NCBI GenBank assembly: GCA_049968235.1 | Contig: JBMFRC010000008.1 | Span: 64,001-128,000 of the forward strand | Direction: 5' to 3' | Source: Candidatus Hydrogenedens sp. | Lineage (GTDB): Bacteria; Hydrogenedentota; Hydrogenedentia; Hydrogenedentales; Hydrogenedentaceae | Length of the DNA: 64,000 nt | Shown here: positions 49,401 to 59,941 of the stretch, piece by piece | Numbering within the stretch: the stretch's first letter is position 1 | How the letters are laid out: each line of letters starts with the position of its first letter | Notes under the pieces: generated by a model | The model's input: only the letters and a program-made list of their open reading frames with translations | The model's database searches: none | Told to the model about the DNA's origin: nothing | Program-made: the position numbers and the translations under genes

Positions 49401-50711
49401 ATGTCCATTGAGATAAAACCCTTAGGTCCAGAGTACCGGATCTGGCGATGGAAAATATTGACCACCACATATATTGCTTATATCGGATATTACATGACCC
49501 GTAAAATTTTTACAATTTGCAAAACAAGAATTGCAGAAGATTTCGGTTGGGAATTGGGAGATACTGCATATATCTGGGCTTCTTTTCTTATTGCTTATGC
49601 TATAGGACAATTCTTAAATAGTTTTATTGGGAGAAAATGGGGACCTCGTGTAATTTTGCTTGGAGGATTGGGAATTTCAATTATATGTAATACTATCTTC
49701 GGCTTTTCCAATTCGTTCCCAAACTTTATTTTGTTTATGTTTATTAATGGTCTGGCACAGGCTTCTGGCTGGCCTGGTTGCATCGGCGGTATTTCAAGGT
49801 GGCTTCGCAGTCATGAACGAGGTACCATTATGGGAATATGGACTACAAATCATATTGTCGCAAATATTATTTATAAGTCTATCGGCGGTTTCCTTTTAGC
49901 ATCCATGGGATGGCGTTGGTCCTTTTTCGGAATGACCTTTTTAACTTTATTTGTCTGGGCATTGATTCTAATATGGCAAAAAGACCGTCCCGAAGATGTC
50001 GGACTGGCACCTATTATAGATAAAGATGAAGACTACGGTCAGGCAATAAAAGCATCTCAAGAAGACCATATTTCACTATCCGAATATTTCCGTGTAGCGT
50101 TTAATCCATTGATTTTCATTATGGGAATTGCCTATTTTTCTGTAAAGTTTCTCCGCTATGCTCTGGACTCATGGCTACCTTCCTTCTTGAATATTCAAGG
50201 ATTACCTGTAGACCAGGCAAGTTATTATTCCATGATTTTTGATATTACGGGTGTTGTAGGAACTATCTTTGCCGGCTATGTACTTGACCGATGGTTTCGT
50301 GGAAATTGGGCAGGTGTCTGCTTTGTTTGTAGTATAGGCACAATTTTGGGGTATATTGCAGTACTGTATGCAGGGGTAAATCCTATTATGATTGCTTTCT
50401 GTTTCGGAATTGTCGGTTTTATGCTGTATGGTCCAGATAGTTTGTTAACAGGTGCTGCAGCTGTAGCAGTTGCTGGCGAGGCAAATGCAGTCGCTATTAC
50501 AGGAATTATTAACGGAATAGGAAGTATCGGACCCGTTATTCAAGAACTGGTTATAGGCAAGTTTATGAAAACTACTGATTTGCAAGTGGGTATAGACAGA
50601 ACAAATATGTTAGGACTTATTATGAGCATTGCCCTTGCAGTATCTACTGCAATTTTGACCTGGTATTTATACCGTATCCATAAAAAAAATAACAAACCTG
50701 TGGATAAATAA
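49401..50711 (+). CDS. MFS transporter, organophosphate:Pi antiporter family (GlpT/UhpC-like glycerol-3-phosphate or sugar-phosphate transporter)
   Basis: RIWRWKILTTTYIAYIGYYMTRKIF...FGWELGDTAYIWASFLIAYAIGQFLNSFIGRKWGPR matches the OPA-family N-terminal signature. The gene lies directly downstream of a GDPD gene, a glpQ-glpT-like pairing. Confidence 0.7.
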   Translation: MSIEIKPLGPEYRIWRWKILTTTYIAYIGYYMTRKIFTICKTRIAEDFGWELGDTAYIWASFLIAYAIGQFLNSFIGRKWGPRVILLGGLGISIICNTIFGFSNSFPNFILFMFINGLAQASGWPGCIGGISRWLRSHERGTIMGIWTTNHIVANIIYKSIGGFLLASMGWRWSFFGMTFLTLFVWALILIWQKDRPEDVGLAPIIDKDEDYGQAIKASQEDHISLSEYFRVAFNPLIFIMGIAYFSVKFLRYALDSWLPSFLNIQGLPVDQASYYSMIFDITGVVGTIFAGYVLDRWFRGNWAGVCFVCSIGTILGYIAVLYAGVNPIMIAFCFGIVGFMLYGPDSLLTGAAAVAVAGEANAVAITGIINGIGSIGPVIQELVIGKFMKTTDLQVGIDRTNMLGLIMSIALAVSTAILTWYLYRIHKKNNKPVDK

Positions 50712-50743
50712 ATTCATAAAAAAGAAATTAAAATATTTTAATT

Positions 50744-51757
50744 ATGCTCTCTTCTGTTCTAATTTTTGCTCCGAATTGGATTGGTGATGCGGTCATGGCA
50801 ACACCGTTATTCCGGGTAATAAAGAAACAGTACCCTCACATTTCCTTGAATGTGTTAGCTAAAAAATACATCTGTGAACTTCTTCAAGGATTGCAGTATA
50901 TTGATGAATTTATTGCTTTACCCAACAAATCTGTTCAACAGATATTATGTGCCCTAAAACTGAGAAAAAGACATTATTCTGCTGTGGTAATCTTACCTCA
51001 TTCCTTCCGTTCTGCTCTTTTATCCTTTATATCAGGAACAAACCTTCGAATAGGCTACAACTGTAATTCCCGTCGCTTTTTATTAACCCATCCTGTTCCT
51101 TTTCCCGTAGATGAATCAGGAAAGCGAAAAATTCAATATATGACCTACGAATATTTAAATTTATGTGAAATATTGGAGATTGTTCCGGACAACCAGGGAT
51201 TGGAATTAGTTGCTCCAGAAAAAGACGAAAGGGAATGGAAAAAAGAATTAGATAAACAAGAGATAAAAGGACCTATTATAGGAATAGCACCTGGCTCTTC
51301 ATTTGGACCGAGTAAACGGTGGAATATAGAACGATTTGCACAGGTTACAGATGAATTACAAAAAAAATATAATGCCTTCCCCGTCCTTATTACAGGACCG
51401 AACGAACAACCTATTCGCAAGCAATTTCTGAAACATTGTTCCGTAAAAGTTATAAACCCGTTTACACAATCGCACAACCTCTCTCGATTAAAAGCAGTAA
51501 TAAAGAACCTTGACCTATTAATATGTAATGATAGTGGACCGCGTCATATTGCTGTAGCATTTGGTGTTCCCACAGTATGTATTATGGGACCGACAAAACC
51601 CGAATATACAGATAGTCCATGGGAACGAGGTTCTGTTGTTCGGGTTCCAGTAGAATGCGGTCCATGTCAATTACCAGAATGTCCTATAGACCATCGTTGT
51701 ATGAAGTTGATTACTTCTCAAATGGTTTTAGAACAAGTAAGCAAAATTTTGCAATAG
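50744..51757 (+). CDS. GT9 ADP-heptose:LPS heptosyltransferase (WaaF/WaaC-like)
   Basis: The N-terminus LIFAPNWIGDAVMATPLFRVIKKQYP, typical of heptosyltransferases, and a C-terminal Rossmann domain. Confidence 0.8.
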   Translation: MLSSVLIFAPNWIGDAVMATPLFRVIKKQYPHISLNVLAKKYICELLQGLQYIDEFIALPNKSVQQILCALKLRKRHYSAVVILPHSFRSALLSFISGTNLRIGYNCNSRRFLLTHPVPFPVDESGKRKIQYMTYEYLNLCEILEIVPDNQGLELVAPEKDEREWKKELDKQEIKGPIIGIAPGSSFGPSKRWNIERFAQVTDELQKKYNAFPVLITGPNEQPIRKQFLKHCSVKVINPFTQSHNLSRLKAVIKNLDLLICNDSGPRHIAVAFGVPTVCIMGPTKPEYTDSPWERGSVVRVPVECGPCQLPECPIDHRCMKLITSQMVLEQVSKILQ

Positions 51758-51895
51758 GTATCATAATAACCATAGATCCCTTGATTTCCTCTATGGTATT
51801 ATAAAATGGAAATAATAACCCGTTTTGCAAATAAAAACTTGCTCTTTTGTGCTCAATTTGGTAAATTAATCTAATACAAAATAATACCTTTAACT

Positions 51896-52408
51896 ATGAG
51901 AGATACAAAGGTGCAAGAACGAAGAAAATTTATACGAAGACAGGCTGATAAAGACCTACTTCAGCGTTATCAGGCTCTACTTGCGAGAATGCAACAATTA
52001 GAAACAATGGCAAGTGCTGAAGAAAGCAGAGAACTTAGACATAAACGACGCAGAATAATACGCCACTTATGTCATGTGAGAATAGGTCTACCTATTAGTT
52101 TTCAATCCGGTAGAGATGATGTCTGGACAGTAGAACAATTACCCATTAAAGGTAGATTACTTGACCTGAGTGCTGAAGGATGTGCAATATTCACCCATCA
52201 GAGTTTTGATATAGGACAAAACATCAATTTCGATATTGAAGTAAGTGGAGGGAAACATATCAAAGCAATGGGGTCAGTTCGATGGACAAAACAATTACCG
52301 GAAAAAGGAGGCTTTGCCTCCGGTGTCCAATTCCAGAGGATGGGAGAAGATAGCCAGAAAGTCTTACATTACTTTTTAGATGAATTAGACCGAACAATAG
52401 GTTTATAG
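51896..52408 (+). CDS. PilZ domain protein (putative c-di-GMP receptor)
   Basis: An RxxxR motif (RRRIIRH), and ~40 aa downstream a D-x-S-x-x-G motif (DLSAEGC). Confidence 0.5.
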   Translation: MRDTKVQERRKFIRRQADKDLLQRYQALLARMQQLETMASAEESRELRHKRRRIIRHLCHVRIGLPISFQSGRDDVWTVEQLPIKGRLLDLSAEGCAIFTHQSFDIGQNINFDIEVSGGKHIKAMGSVRWTKQLPEKGGFASGVQFQRMGEDSQKVLHYFLDELDRTIGL

Positions 52409-52419
52409 GAATTATTTCT

Positions 52420-52695
52420 ATGAGAACAGTGTATGTTGTTACAATGTGGTCCGGCGGTAGACCTGCCAAAAAATGGAAATCCTTTGAATATCCAAATCTA
52501 TTACCTCAAGGGACAGGTGTAGAATTTGTTTGCTGTGAGACAAAACTCAAAGTTCAGGTAATTGGTAGTGTCTCGGTTGAAGAATACGAATCAGGCAAAG
52601 AAGACCTTGAAATGGGGCTATATCGTGAACTAAACAATGATAAACCAAATAATAAAGATATCCATTCTCCAAATAATATCGAACGCTTATTCTAA
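52420..52695 (+). CDS. Small hypothetical protein (91 aa) immediately downstream of the PilZ gene
   Basis: An ORF lying 12 nt after the PilZ stop codon; no recognisable family. Confidence 0.3.
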   Translation: MRTVYVVTMWSGGRPAKKWKSFEYPNLLPQGTGVEFVCCETKLKVQVIGSVSVEEYESGKEDLEMGLYRELNNDKPNNKDIHSPNNIERLF

Positions 52696-52749
52696 TCTAT
52701 TCATGAAAACAACAAACGATTTACCAATAAACAGAAGGAGTATGGCTTT

Positions 52750-54765
52750 ATGAAAAATATCCTGTTTCCGTTATTTATTGTCCTAACTTATTGTGCTTCT
52801 GCACAAACTCCAAATTGGCATGAAGATAGTTTCTTTGGTATCCACTTTGACCTGCATCCGAATGCTCACGACACAGAATTGGGCAAGGAGGTTGATGCAG
52901 AACAAATACGCCAATTTTTGATAAAGGTCAAGCCTGATTTTGTGCAATATGACTGTAAAGGGCATCCGGGCTATACAGGTTATCCCACAAAAATTGGGGC
53001 ACCCTCTCCAGGAATTGTTAACGATGCTCTTCGTGTTTGGAGAGATGTCACAAAAGAAATGAATATTCCCCTATCCATTCACTATTCCGGTGTCTGGGAT
53101 ACTCGTGCTATCGAATTAAACCCGGATTGGGGAAGAAAAAAACAGGATGGCTCATTAGACCCTAACAATACCTGCCGAACCAGCGATTACGACACAAAAT
53201 TAATGATACCTCAACTTCTGGAAATAATTCAGGAATATGACATTGATGGAATGTGGATTGATGGTGAAAACTGGGCAAGTTATCCCTGCTGGTGTGACCG
53301 TTGTAAACAAAAATTTACAGAAGCGACAGAAATTAAAGAAATTCCAACGAAAAAAGATGACCCCCACTGGGAAGAATGGACAGCATTCCATAGAGACTTA
53401 TTTACCCGTCATGTCCAGCGGGTCGTTGAAGCAGTGCATCAAGCTAAACCAACTTGTATGGTATGTAGTAATTGGTTATACACAATGAGGCAACCAGAAG
53501 CCATTGTTGCAAATGTAGACTATCTTAGCGGAGATTTTACACCTTCTTTTGGTTCTCAGGAAGCATGTTATGAAGCCCGTTTCCTCGCATCACGAGGTAA
53601 GCCATGGGATTTAATGGCATGGAGTTTTATTCATTCATCCAGTATTGGAAAAGTAATGAAAACAGTTCCTCATTTATGCCAGGAACTCTCAGAAGTGCTG
53701 GCACAGGGTGGGTCTGTATTTATTTATGATAATCCAAAACGGTCAGGGCGACTGGTAGATTGGCACACAGACCTCCTGGCAAAGACCGGAGAATTCTGCC
53801 GAGAGCGAAAAGAATGGTGTTTTAAGACAAAAACACTTCCTCAGATAGCAGTCCTTCATAGTGAAACAACATATTATAAAGAGAATGAAGCATTATACGG
53901 TAAATATGGAGCAGTTCTTCAGCCCGTAGAAGGAGCAGTAACAATACTACTGGAAACAGGATATTCTGTAGATATATTGAACGAAGAAACATTGATAAAA
54001 GTTATATCCCAATATGCCGTGGTTGTTATACCTGAACGTTCTACAATCCCCGAATCAGTATTATCTGTCATAAAAGAATATGTCCAGAAAGGAGGAAAAC
54101 TAATTCTTTCGGGCTCTTTTCTTGCCGAAAAATATGGAGAATGGTTGGGTATTGAACCTGTAGAAGGTAAAATAAAAGGTTGGTTACCCGTTCCCGGAGG
54201 AAGTGCGGTTCCTACTGCTGGAGAATATCAAAAAGTTCGTCCAATTACGGCAAGAGGAATTTTTACTATCTTGAACAATCAAGAACAAGGAAGAGACGAA
54301 ACAGAATTTCCTCCTGCCACATTAACAAAAAATGGTGAGGGAATTATCTTGGCTATCCATGGTCCTTTCTTTAAATACTACGATTCGCATCCTGTTCCTG
54401 CTTATCGTCAAATATTATCATTCTGGTTAAATGAATTAGGGACAGAAACCCTAATACATCATGAAGGACCATGGTATATAGAATTATCTGCACGACAACG
54501 CAATAATCAAATAGTGCTAAACTTCGTTAATCGTGGTGTTGAAGGATATTTAAGCCCCGAACGACACATGGTTGAAGGAGTTCCGATTGTTCAGGGGATT
54601 CGGGTGAATATCCCCAAAATTTGCATTCCCTCAGATAAAAAACCTGTAAGGGCTTATATTGCCCCCGCTCAGATTCCTATCAATATCATTGAAGATACGA
54701 ATCAATATACGATAGTTGTTCCTCAGGTGCATATTTATGATATAGGTGTAATTGAGTTAGAATAA
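52750..54765 (+). CDS. Secreted putative glycoside hydrolase: TIM-barrel-like N-terminal domain (GH29/GHL-like) plus a C-terminal GATase1-like domain as in GH42
   Basis: Signal peptide, and the blocks FGIHFDLH and DIDGMWIDGENW. The C-terminal block VVVIPERSTIPESVLSVIKEYVQKGGKLILSG resembles the GH42 trimerisation/GATase1-like fold. Family uncertain. Confidence 0.4.
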   Translation: MKNILFPLFIVLTYCASAQTPNWHEDSFFGIHFDLHPNAHDTELGKEVDAEQIRQFLIKVKPDFVQYDCKGHPGYTGYPTKIGAPSPGIVNDALRVWRDVTKEMNIPLSIHYSGVWDTRAIELNPDWGRKKQDGSLDPNNTCRTSDYDTKLMIPQLLEIIQEYDIDGMWIDGENWASYPCWCDRCKQKFTEATEIKEIPTKKDDPHWEEWTAFHRDLFTRHVQRVVEAVHQAKPTCMVCSNWLYTMRQPEAIVANVDYLSGDFTPSFGSQEACYEARFLASRGKPWDLMAWSFIHSSSIGKVMKTVPHLCQELSEVLAQGGSVFIYDNPKRSGRLVDWHTDLLAKTGEFCRERKEWCFKTKTLPQIAVLHSETTYYKENEALYGKYGAVLQPVEGAVTILLETGYSVDILNEETLIKVISQYAVVVIPERSTIPESVLSVIKEYVQKGGKLILSGSFLAEKYGEWLGIEPVEGKIKGWLPVPGGSAVPTAGEYQKVRPITARGIFTILNNQEQGRDETEFPPATLTKNGEGIILAIHGPFFKYYDSHPVPAYRQILSFWLNELGTETLIHHEGPWYIELSARQRNNQIVLNFVNRGVEGYLSPERHMVEGVPIVQGIRVNIPKICIPSDKKPVRAYIAPAQIPINIIEDTNQYTIVVPQVHIYDIGVIELE

Positions 54766-54806
54766 GATTATAGTTCTTTTTCGTGTAAACAAAAAGGAGA
54801 TGTCTT

Positions 54807-55352
54807 ATGACGGAACTCAAAATTGGAAATAGTGTTATACAGGTTGTTCAAGGTGATATAACCAAAGAAACAACGGATGCTATTGTTAATGCGGCAAACA
54901 AATCTCTTTTGGGAGGTGGTGGTGTTGATGGAGCCATTCATCGCGCAGGCGGTCCAGCCATTTTAGAGGAATGCAAAAAATTAGGTGGTTGCGAAACAGG
55001 TGATGCCAAAATAACCACTGGAGGAAGGTTATCTGCTAAATATGTAATTCATACTGTAGGTCCCGTATACCGTGATGGAAAGCACGGGGAACCAGAACTT
55101 TTAAAAAGTTGCTATATTCGTTCTCTGGAAGTGGCGGTTGAAAATAAAATTAAAACGGTTGCTTTTCCAGCAATTAGTTGTGGCGTTTATGGATATCCTA
55201 TACAGGAAGCCAGTAAGATTGCTATTTATGCTGTAAAAGAATTTTTAGAAAAACATCCAGACTGTGGCATTAAACTTATACGTTTTGTAATGTTCGGTAA
55301 TGATACCTACCTCTCCTTCAGTTCTACTCTTCGCGATTTAGGAGGGATGTAA
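54807..55352 (+). CDS. Macro domain protein (O-acetyl-ADP-ribose deacetylase, YmdB-like)
   Basis: [39 protein letters not shown] is the canonical macro domain signature. Confidence 0.9.
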   Translation: MTELKIGNSVIQVVQGDITKETTDAIVNAANKSLLGGGGVDGAIHRAGGPAILEECKKLGGCETGDAKITTGGRLSAKYVIHTVGPVYRDGKHGEPELLKSCYIRSLEVAVENKIKTVAFPAISCGVYGYPIQEASKIAIYAVKEFLEKHPDCGIKLIRFVMFGNDTYLSFSSTLRDLGGM

Positions 55353-55365
55353 TAAAAAGTTAAAT

Positions 55366-56445
55366 TTACTTTTTCTGCTTTCGCAATTTTTTCGCAGATT
55401 CAAGAATTAGAGTTTCAGTTTCTTCCCAACCGAGACAAGGGTCTGTAATACTGACACCATATTCAGGTTCTTTACCAGGAGGCGGAAAAGGCTGATTACC
55501 CGCCTTGATATTGCTTTCTAACATAGATCCCAAAAGGAAGGGATTCCCTTCTATGCGTTGCTGAACCACATCTCGCAAAACATGTGCCTGTAACGGGTAT
55601 CTTTTGCCACAATTTGCATGACTGCAATCCACTACAATACGAGGAGGAAGCCCTGCCTTTTGCATCTGCTCAATAGATTCAATAACACTTACAGGGTCGT
55701 AATTCGGTCTACCTCTACCACCTCGAAGAATAATATGTGACATAGAATTTCCGGCAGTTTCAATTACGCACGAGCGTCCATCTTCATCAATACCTAAAAA
55801 ATGGTGACTTCCTCGAGCAGAAATCATAGCGTCAATGGCAACCTGCAAATTTCCATCCGTACTGTTCTTAAAACCGATAGGCATCGAAAAACCACTTGCC
55901 ATCTCACGGTGCGTTTGAGACTCCGTTGTTCTTGCTCCAATCGAAGCCCAACACACAAGGTCAGAAATATATTGAGGGACAATCGGGTCCAATAGTTCTG
56001 TTCCTGTCGGCAAACCTATTTCTGCTATGTTTATTAATATCTCACGAGCAAGTTTCAGTCCTTTTATAATATTATGTGTATTATCTAAATCAGGGTCATA
56101 TATAAGTCCTTTCCAGCCCAAAGTAGTTCGTGGCTTTTCGAAATAAGTACGCATTATGACAAAGCATACATCATTAACCTGTTTTTGAAGTTTTAACAGG
56201 CGCTCTGCATAATCCAATGCCACTTCTTTATTGTGTATCGAGCATGGACCTACTATAAGAATAAATCGCGAGTCTTCACCTTCCAATATATTTCGAACCA
56301 CCTCGCGAGAACTGGCTATATGTTCTTTAAGGTTATCTGAAACAGGGTAGATTTCCTTCATCTCCCGCGGTGAAATCAGCGGAGTAAATGATAAAACATT
56401 AATATTTTCAATTGCTTTCAACATCTGCTTTCCCATGAATAACAC
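55366..56445 (-). CDS. aroG: 3-deoxy-7-phosphoheptulonate (DAHP) synthase, class I-alpha (AroG/AroF/AroH type)
   Basis: Near-collinear with what I recall of E. coli AroG: IVGPCSIH, MRTYFEKPRTTLGWKGLIYDP, WASIGARTTESQTHREMASG, GFKNSTDGNLQVAIDA, HIILRGG and VDCSHANCGK. Confidence 0.9.
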   Translation of the reverse strand: MLFMGKQMLKAIENINVLSFTPLISPREMKEIYPVSDNLKEHIASSREVVRNILEGEDSRFILIVGPCSIHNKEVALDYAERLLKLQKQVNDVCFVIMRTYFEKPRTTLGWKGLIYDPDLDNTHNIIKGLKLAREILINIAEIGLPTGTELLDPIVPQYISDLVCWASIGARTTESQTHREMASGFSMPIGFKNSTDGNLQVAIDAMISARGSHHFLGIDEDGRSCVIETAGNSMSHIILRGGRGRPNYDPVSVIESIEQMQKAGLPPRIVVDCSHANCGKRYPLQAHVLRDVVQQRIEGNPFLLGSMLESNIKAGNQPFPPPGKEPEYGVSITDPCLGWEETETLILESAKKLRKQKK

Positions 56446-56516
56446 TCCATTTGAACAATTATTGGAAATGACATAGTATATATTTTATCAAATTATAGGT
56501 ATATCTTTTTTATTCT

Positions 56517-57017
56517 TTACTCTCTTTCTAAACTATGTTCTATCTGGAGAAGTTTCTTTTTCCATTCCAAACCTGAGGAAAAACCACCTAAGGAACGGTT
56601 AGCGTTTAATACGCGATGGCAGGGAATAATAATTGGGATAGGATTCCTGTGTAAAGCCTGTCCCACAGCCCTTGCATATTTTGGAGATAAACCCGCTAAG
56701 TTTGCAAGTTCCGTATAAGTATATGTTTTTCCCCAGGGTACTTTTCGTAGAGCAGTCCACACCTTCTGTTGAAATTCTGTTCCACCCGATATGTCCAGAG
56801 GAACCTGCTTAAATTGCTCCGGTATCCCTGAAAAATATCTATCAAAAAGCATGGTCAAAAGCCTGCCCAGCAAAATATTTGGAGTTTCGTGGAGTACATA
56901 AGGTTTCGACAAGCCTTCATTAAAAAGTAATAATTTTTGCAATCCTTTGGAAGTAATATATCCGTAAATAGTGCCGATACTTTGCTTGTAAACAAAATTA
57001 GCGGAAGTTAATAACAC
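56517..57017 (-). CDS. ogt: Methylated-DNA--protein-cysteine methyltransferase
   Basis: The active site IPCHRV and HTH region (TYTELANLAG), 166 aa. Confidence 0.85.
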   Translation of the reverse strand: MLLTSANFVYKQSIGTIYGYITSKGLQKLLLFNEGLSKPYVLHETPNILLGRLLTMLFDRYFSGIPEQFKQVPLDISGGTEFQQKVWTALRKVPWGKTYTYTELANLAGLSPKYARAVGQALHRNPIPIIIPCHRVLNANRSLGGFSSGLEWKKKLLQIEHSLERE

Positions 57018-57092
57018 CTATTCGTTTCCTTCAATAGTTATAAACATATTACAATATATCCAAAATTATACCATGCATAGGAAAACGGCATC

Positions 57093-58553
57093 ATGGTTCC
57101 TATAATTCTTTCCACAATAACAGCCCGATATTCTCATTCTGCCTTTGGTTTGCGTTATTTGCATGCAAATCTTGGCAAATGGAAAGAACAATCGCAAATA
57201 AAAGAATTCCACCTAAAACAATCCCCCTTATTCATTGCCGAAAGCATTTTGCAGGATAAACCTAAAATTGTTGGAATAGGTGTTTATATATGGAATGTGC
57301 GTGAGATAACAGAGGTGGTTCAGATAATAAAAAAAGTATCTCCTCAAACTACTATTATAATTGGTGGACCGGAGGTAAGTTATGAATATGAGGATATGAC
57401 CATATTTAAAGAAGCCGATTATTTAATATGTGGTGAAGCGGAACATATTTTTCCTCAATTAGTTAAAATAATTATGTCGGGTCAATTACCCCCCCGAAAA
57501 GTATGGGAAGGAACCATTACGGATGTGAATTCTTTATTCCTACCCTATGAGGAATACACATATGAAGATATAGCACACCGAATTATTTATGTGGAGAGTT
57601 CTCGAGGTTGTCCTTTCCATTGTGAGTTTTGTTTATCAGCAATAAAACCCGGTGTCCGCTTCTTTGATAGGGTCCAGTTTTTGAACGAAATGGAAAAACT
57701 AATACAGCGGGGAGCAAAAAATTTTACTTTTGTTGACCGAACTTTTAATATTCGGGAAGAACACGCTTTAGAAATTCTTCGATTTTTTTTGAAACATATC
57801 AAAGAAGGTATGCGGATTCATTTTGAGATTGTTCCTGATAAATTAAGTGAAAAGATATTGACAGAATTCACAAAGTTTCCAAAAGGAATTTTACATCTGG
57901 AAGTAGGTTTGCAGACCGTAAATTTGAAAACACAGGAGTTGATTTCACGACGGCAAGATTTATCAAAAACTTTTGAAGTTTTACGCTTCTTGAAAGAAAA
58001 AACGGGAGCAAAGATACACGCAGACCTTGTTGCAGGTATGCCTGCAGAAACATGGGATAGTTTTCGCAAAGGGTTTAACTATCTTATCGAACTGGCTCCT
58101 CAGGAAATTCAATTAGGGATATTAAAACGACTACGCGGTGCTCATATTTCAAGACATATTAAAGAATATCAAATGGCTTTTGCCCCTTTCCCTCCTTATG
58201 AAATATTACAGACAAGCACTCTATCTTTTGAAAAACTACAGAAATTAAAAAGAATGGCTCGCTATCTCGAACTCTATTATAACCAAGGGAATTTTCCAAA
58301 CTCCTTAAAATTCTTATGGGAAACAGGGACTACCCCTTTTGATGCCTTTTCTGATTTCAGTGATTATATTTGGACAAAGACTGGAAAAACACATGAATTG
58401 TCTCTTTCCACTCTTGCTCATTTGTTGTTCTCTTATCTCCTTGCTATAAATAAGTTTCCACCCGATATTATTGAAAAAGCCATCCGTGAAGATTACAACC
58501 AAAAGCCAGGAAGAACTGAGAAACTAAATATATCAAAAAAAATCCCCAAATAA
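57093..58553 (+). CDS. B12-binding-domain radical SAM protein
   Basis: An N-terminal B12-binding-like Rossmann region (IVGIGVYIWN...IIIGGPEVS), then the radical SAM CxxxCxxC motif in SSRGCPFHCEFCLS. Confidence 0.8.
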   Translation: MVPIILSTITARYSHSAFGLRYLHANLGKWKEQSQIKEFHLKQSPLFIAESILQDKPKIVGIGVYIWNVREITEVVQIIKKVSPQTTIIIGGPEVSYEYEDMTIFKEADYLICGEAEHIFPQLVKIIMSGQLPPRKVWEGTITDVNSLFLPYEEYTYEDIAHRIIYVESSRGCPFHCEFCLSAIKPGVRFFDRVQFLNEMEKLIQRGAKNFTFVDRTFNIREEHALEILRFFLKHIKEGMRIHFEIVPDKLSEKILTEFTKFPKGILHLEVGLQTVNLKTQELISRRQDLSKTFEVLRFLKEKTGAKIHADLVAGMPAETWDSFRKGFNYLIELAPQEIQLGILKRLRGAHISRHIKEYQMAFAPFPPYEILQTSTLSFEKLQKLKRMARYLELYYNQGNFPNSLKFLWETGTTPFDAFSDFSDYIWTKTGKTHELSLSTLAHLLFSYLLAINKFPPDIIEKAIREDYNQKPGRTEKLNISKKIPK

Positions 58554-58646
58554 AATACATATTTCTCTATCGATAATAATGTAGAAAAAGAATTCATTTT
58601 AAATGTAAAATAACACTGAAAAATATAACGAATAAAGGAGAAATAT

Positions 58647-59150
58647 ATGACAGTTCCAGAAAGGAAACCCACAGTAAGTGTCATTATGGGAAGTGCATCG
58701 GATTGGGATGTTATGTCAGGTGCAACAAAAATATTGAAGGATTTTGGCATTCCCCATGAAGCCCGTGTTTTATCCGCACATCGCACCCCCGATATGTTAA
58801 GGGAATATGTAAAATTTGCGGAGGAACGCGGTGTAGAAATATTCATTGCAGGTGCTGGCATGGCTGCCGCTTTACCGGGTGTGGTTGCCTCCTGCACGAT
58901 ATTACCTGTATTAGGGGTTCCGATTCCTTCAGGTGCATTAAACGGATTAGATGCCCTCTACTCCATCGTGCAGATGCCCCCCGGTATCCCAGTAGGTTGC
59001 TTTGCAGTAGGAAAAGCCGGTGCTACCAATGCAGGGCTAATGGCGGTAGCCATCCTCTCTCAAAAATATCTGGAACTGAAAGAAAAATTAATAGAATATC
59101 GCGAAAAGCAGGCAAAGAAGATTTTAGAAACAAATCTTCCTGAGGAGTAA
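58647..59150 (+). CDS. purE: N5-carboxyaminoimidazole ribonucleotide mutase
   Basis: VSVIMGSASDWDVM, AHRTPD and FIAGAGMAAALPGVVA are the PurE signatures. Confidence 0.95.
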   Translation: MTVPERKPTVSVIMGSASDWDVMSGATKILKDFGIPHEARVLSAHRTPDMLREYVKFAEERGVEIFIAGAGMAAALPGVVASCTILPVLGVPIPSGALNGLDALYSIVQMPPGIPVGCFAVGKAGATNAGLMAVAILSQKYLELKEKLIEYREKQAKKILETNLPEE

Positions 59151-59176
59151 TTTTTCTACAAAATAGGAATCGTTTT

Positions 59177-59941
59177 TTGTTATCCACTGTGTTTGTCTTC
59201 TGTGCTTTCTTAATTGCAAGTTTTGTGCATGCAACAACAGGTTTTGGTTCTGCTTTAGTAGGTATGCCTATACTTGTTTTTGCAATTGGATTACAAATCT
59301 CCGCTCCCCTTTTGGCATTGTTAGGGCAGATTGTTAATTTAGGTGTGCTCTGGCAGAACTGGAAGAACCTTGACTGGAAACATGCTCTTCTATTGATTAT
59401 CCCTTCTATTTTTGGCGTCCCTATTGGTTTACTATTTCTTAAAGGGGGAAACGAAGCCCTCTTAAATGCCGTGTTAGGAATAATTCTCATAACTTACGGT
59501 ATCTATTCTTTCTTTTATGATGAAAAAAACGATAGCAGTAAAGGAATGTCAAATATACATTTCCCACATTTTTTTTGGGGAACAATTGCCGGTTTTTGTG
59601 CAGGTATATTAGGTGGAGCATACAATGCCAATGGTCCGCCAGTAATTATTTATGCAAGTATTACTCACAGAGATAAAGGCTCTTTCCGTTCTATATTACA
59701 GGCATTTTTCTTTATAAACGGTTTTATTATCATTGCAGGACATGCCTTTGCAGGTCTGATAACAAAAGAAGTTCTATATTATTCTTTATGGGGCTTACCC
59801 GGTCTTATTTTAGGGATGTGTCTGGGTTTCTATGTAGACCGTTTTATTACACCTCAGAGATTTCGGAAAATCATCATTGCGGGAATAGTTGTTTTGGGAG
59901 CAGGATTACTTATCCCCGTTTTTTATCCCTTGCTGTTCTAA
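59177..59941 (+). CDS. TauE/SafE family sulfite/anion exporter-like membrane protein
   Basis: An internally duplicated 4+4 TM layout with the TGFGSALVGMPIL and GGAYNANGPPVIIY blocks typical of TauE/SafE. Confidence 0.7.
   Translation: MLSTVFVFCAFLIASFVHATTGFGSALVGMPILVFAIGLQISAPLLALLGQIVNLGVLWQNWKNLDWKHALLLIIPSIFGVPIGLLFLKGGNEALLNAVLGIILITYGIYSFFYDEKNDSSKGMSNIHFPHFFWGTIAGFCAGILGGAYNANGPPVIIYASITHRDKGSFRSILQAFFFINGFIIIAGHAFAGLITKEVLYYSLWGLPGLILGMCLGFYVDRFITPQRFRKIIIAGIVVLGAGLLIPVFYPLLF

Noticed and set aside
58554-58646. A purine riboswitch upstream of purE.
   Set aside because: The 93-nt leader lacks the conserved purine-riboswitch junction sequences (no paired P2/P3 loops with the UAUA...GGGA...CCGUAAAUU core). 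It is simply an AT-rich promoter region.
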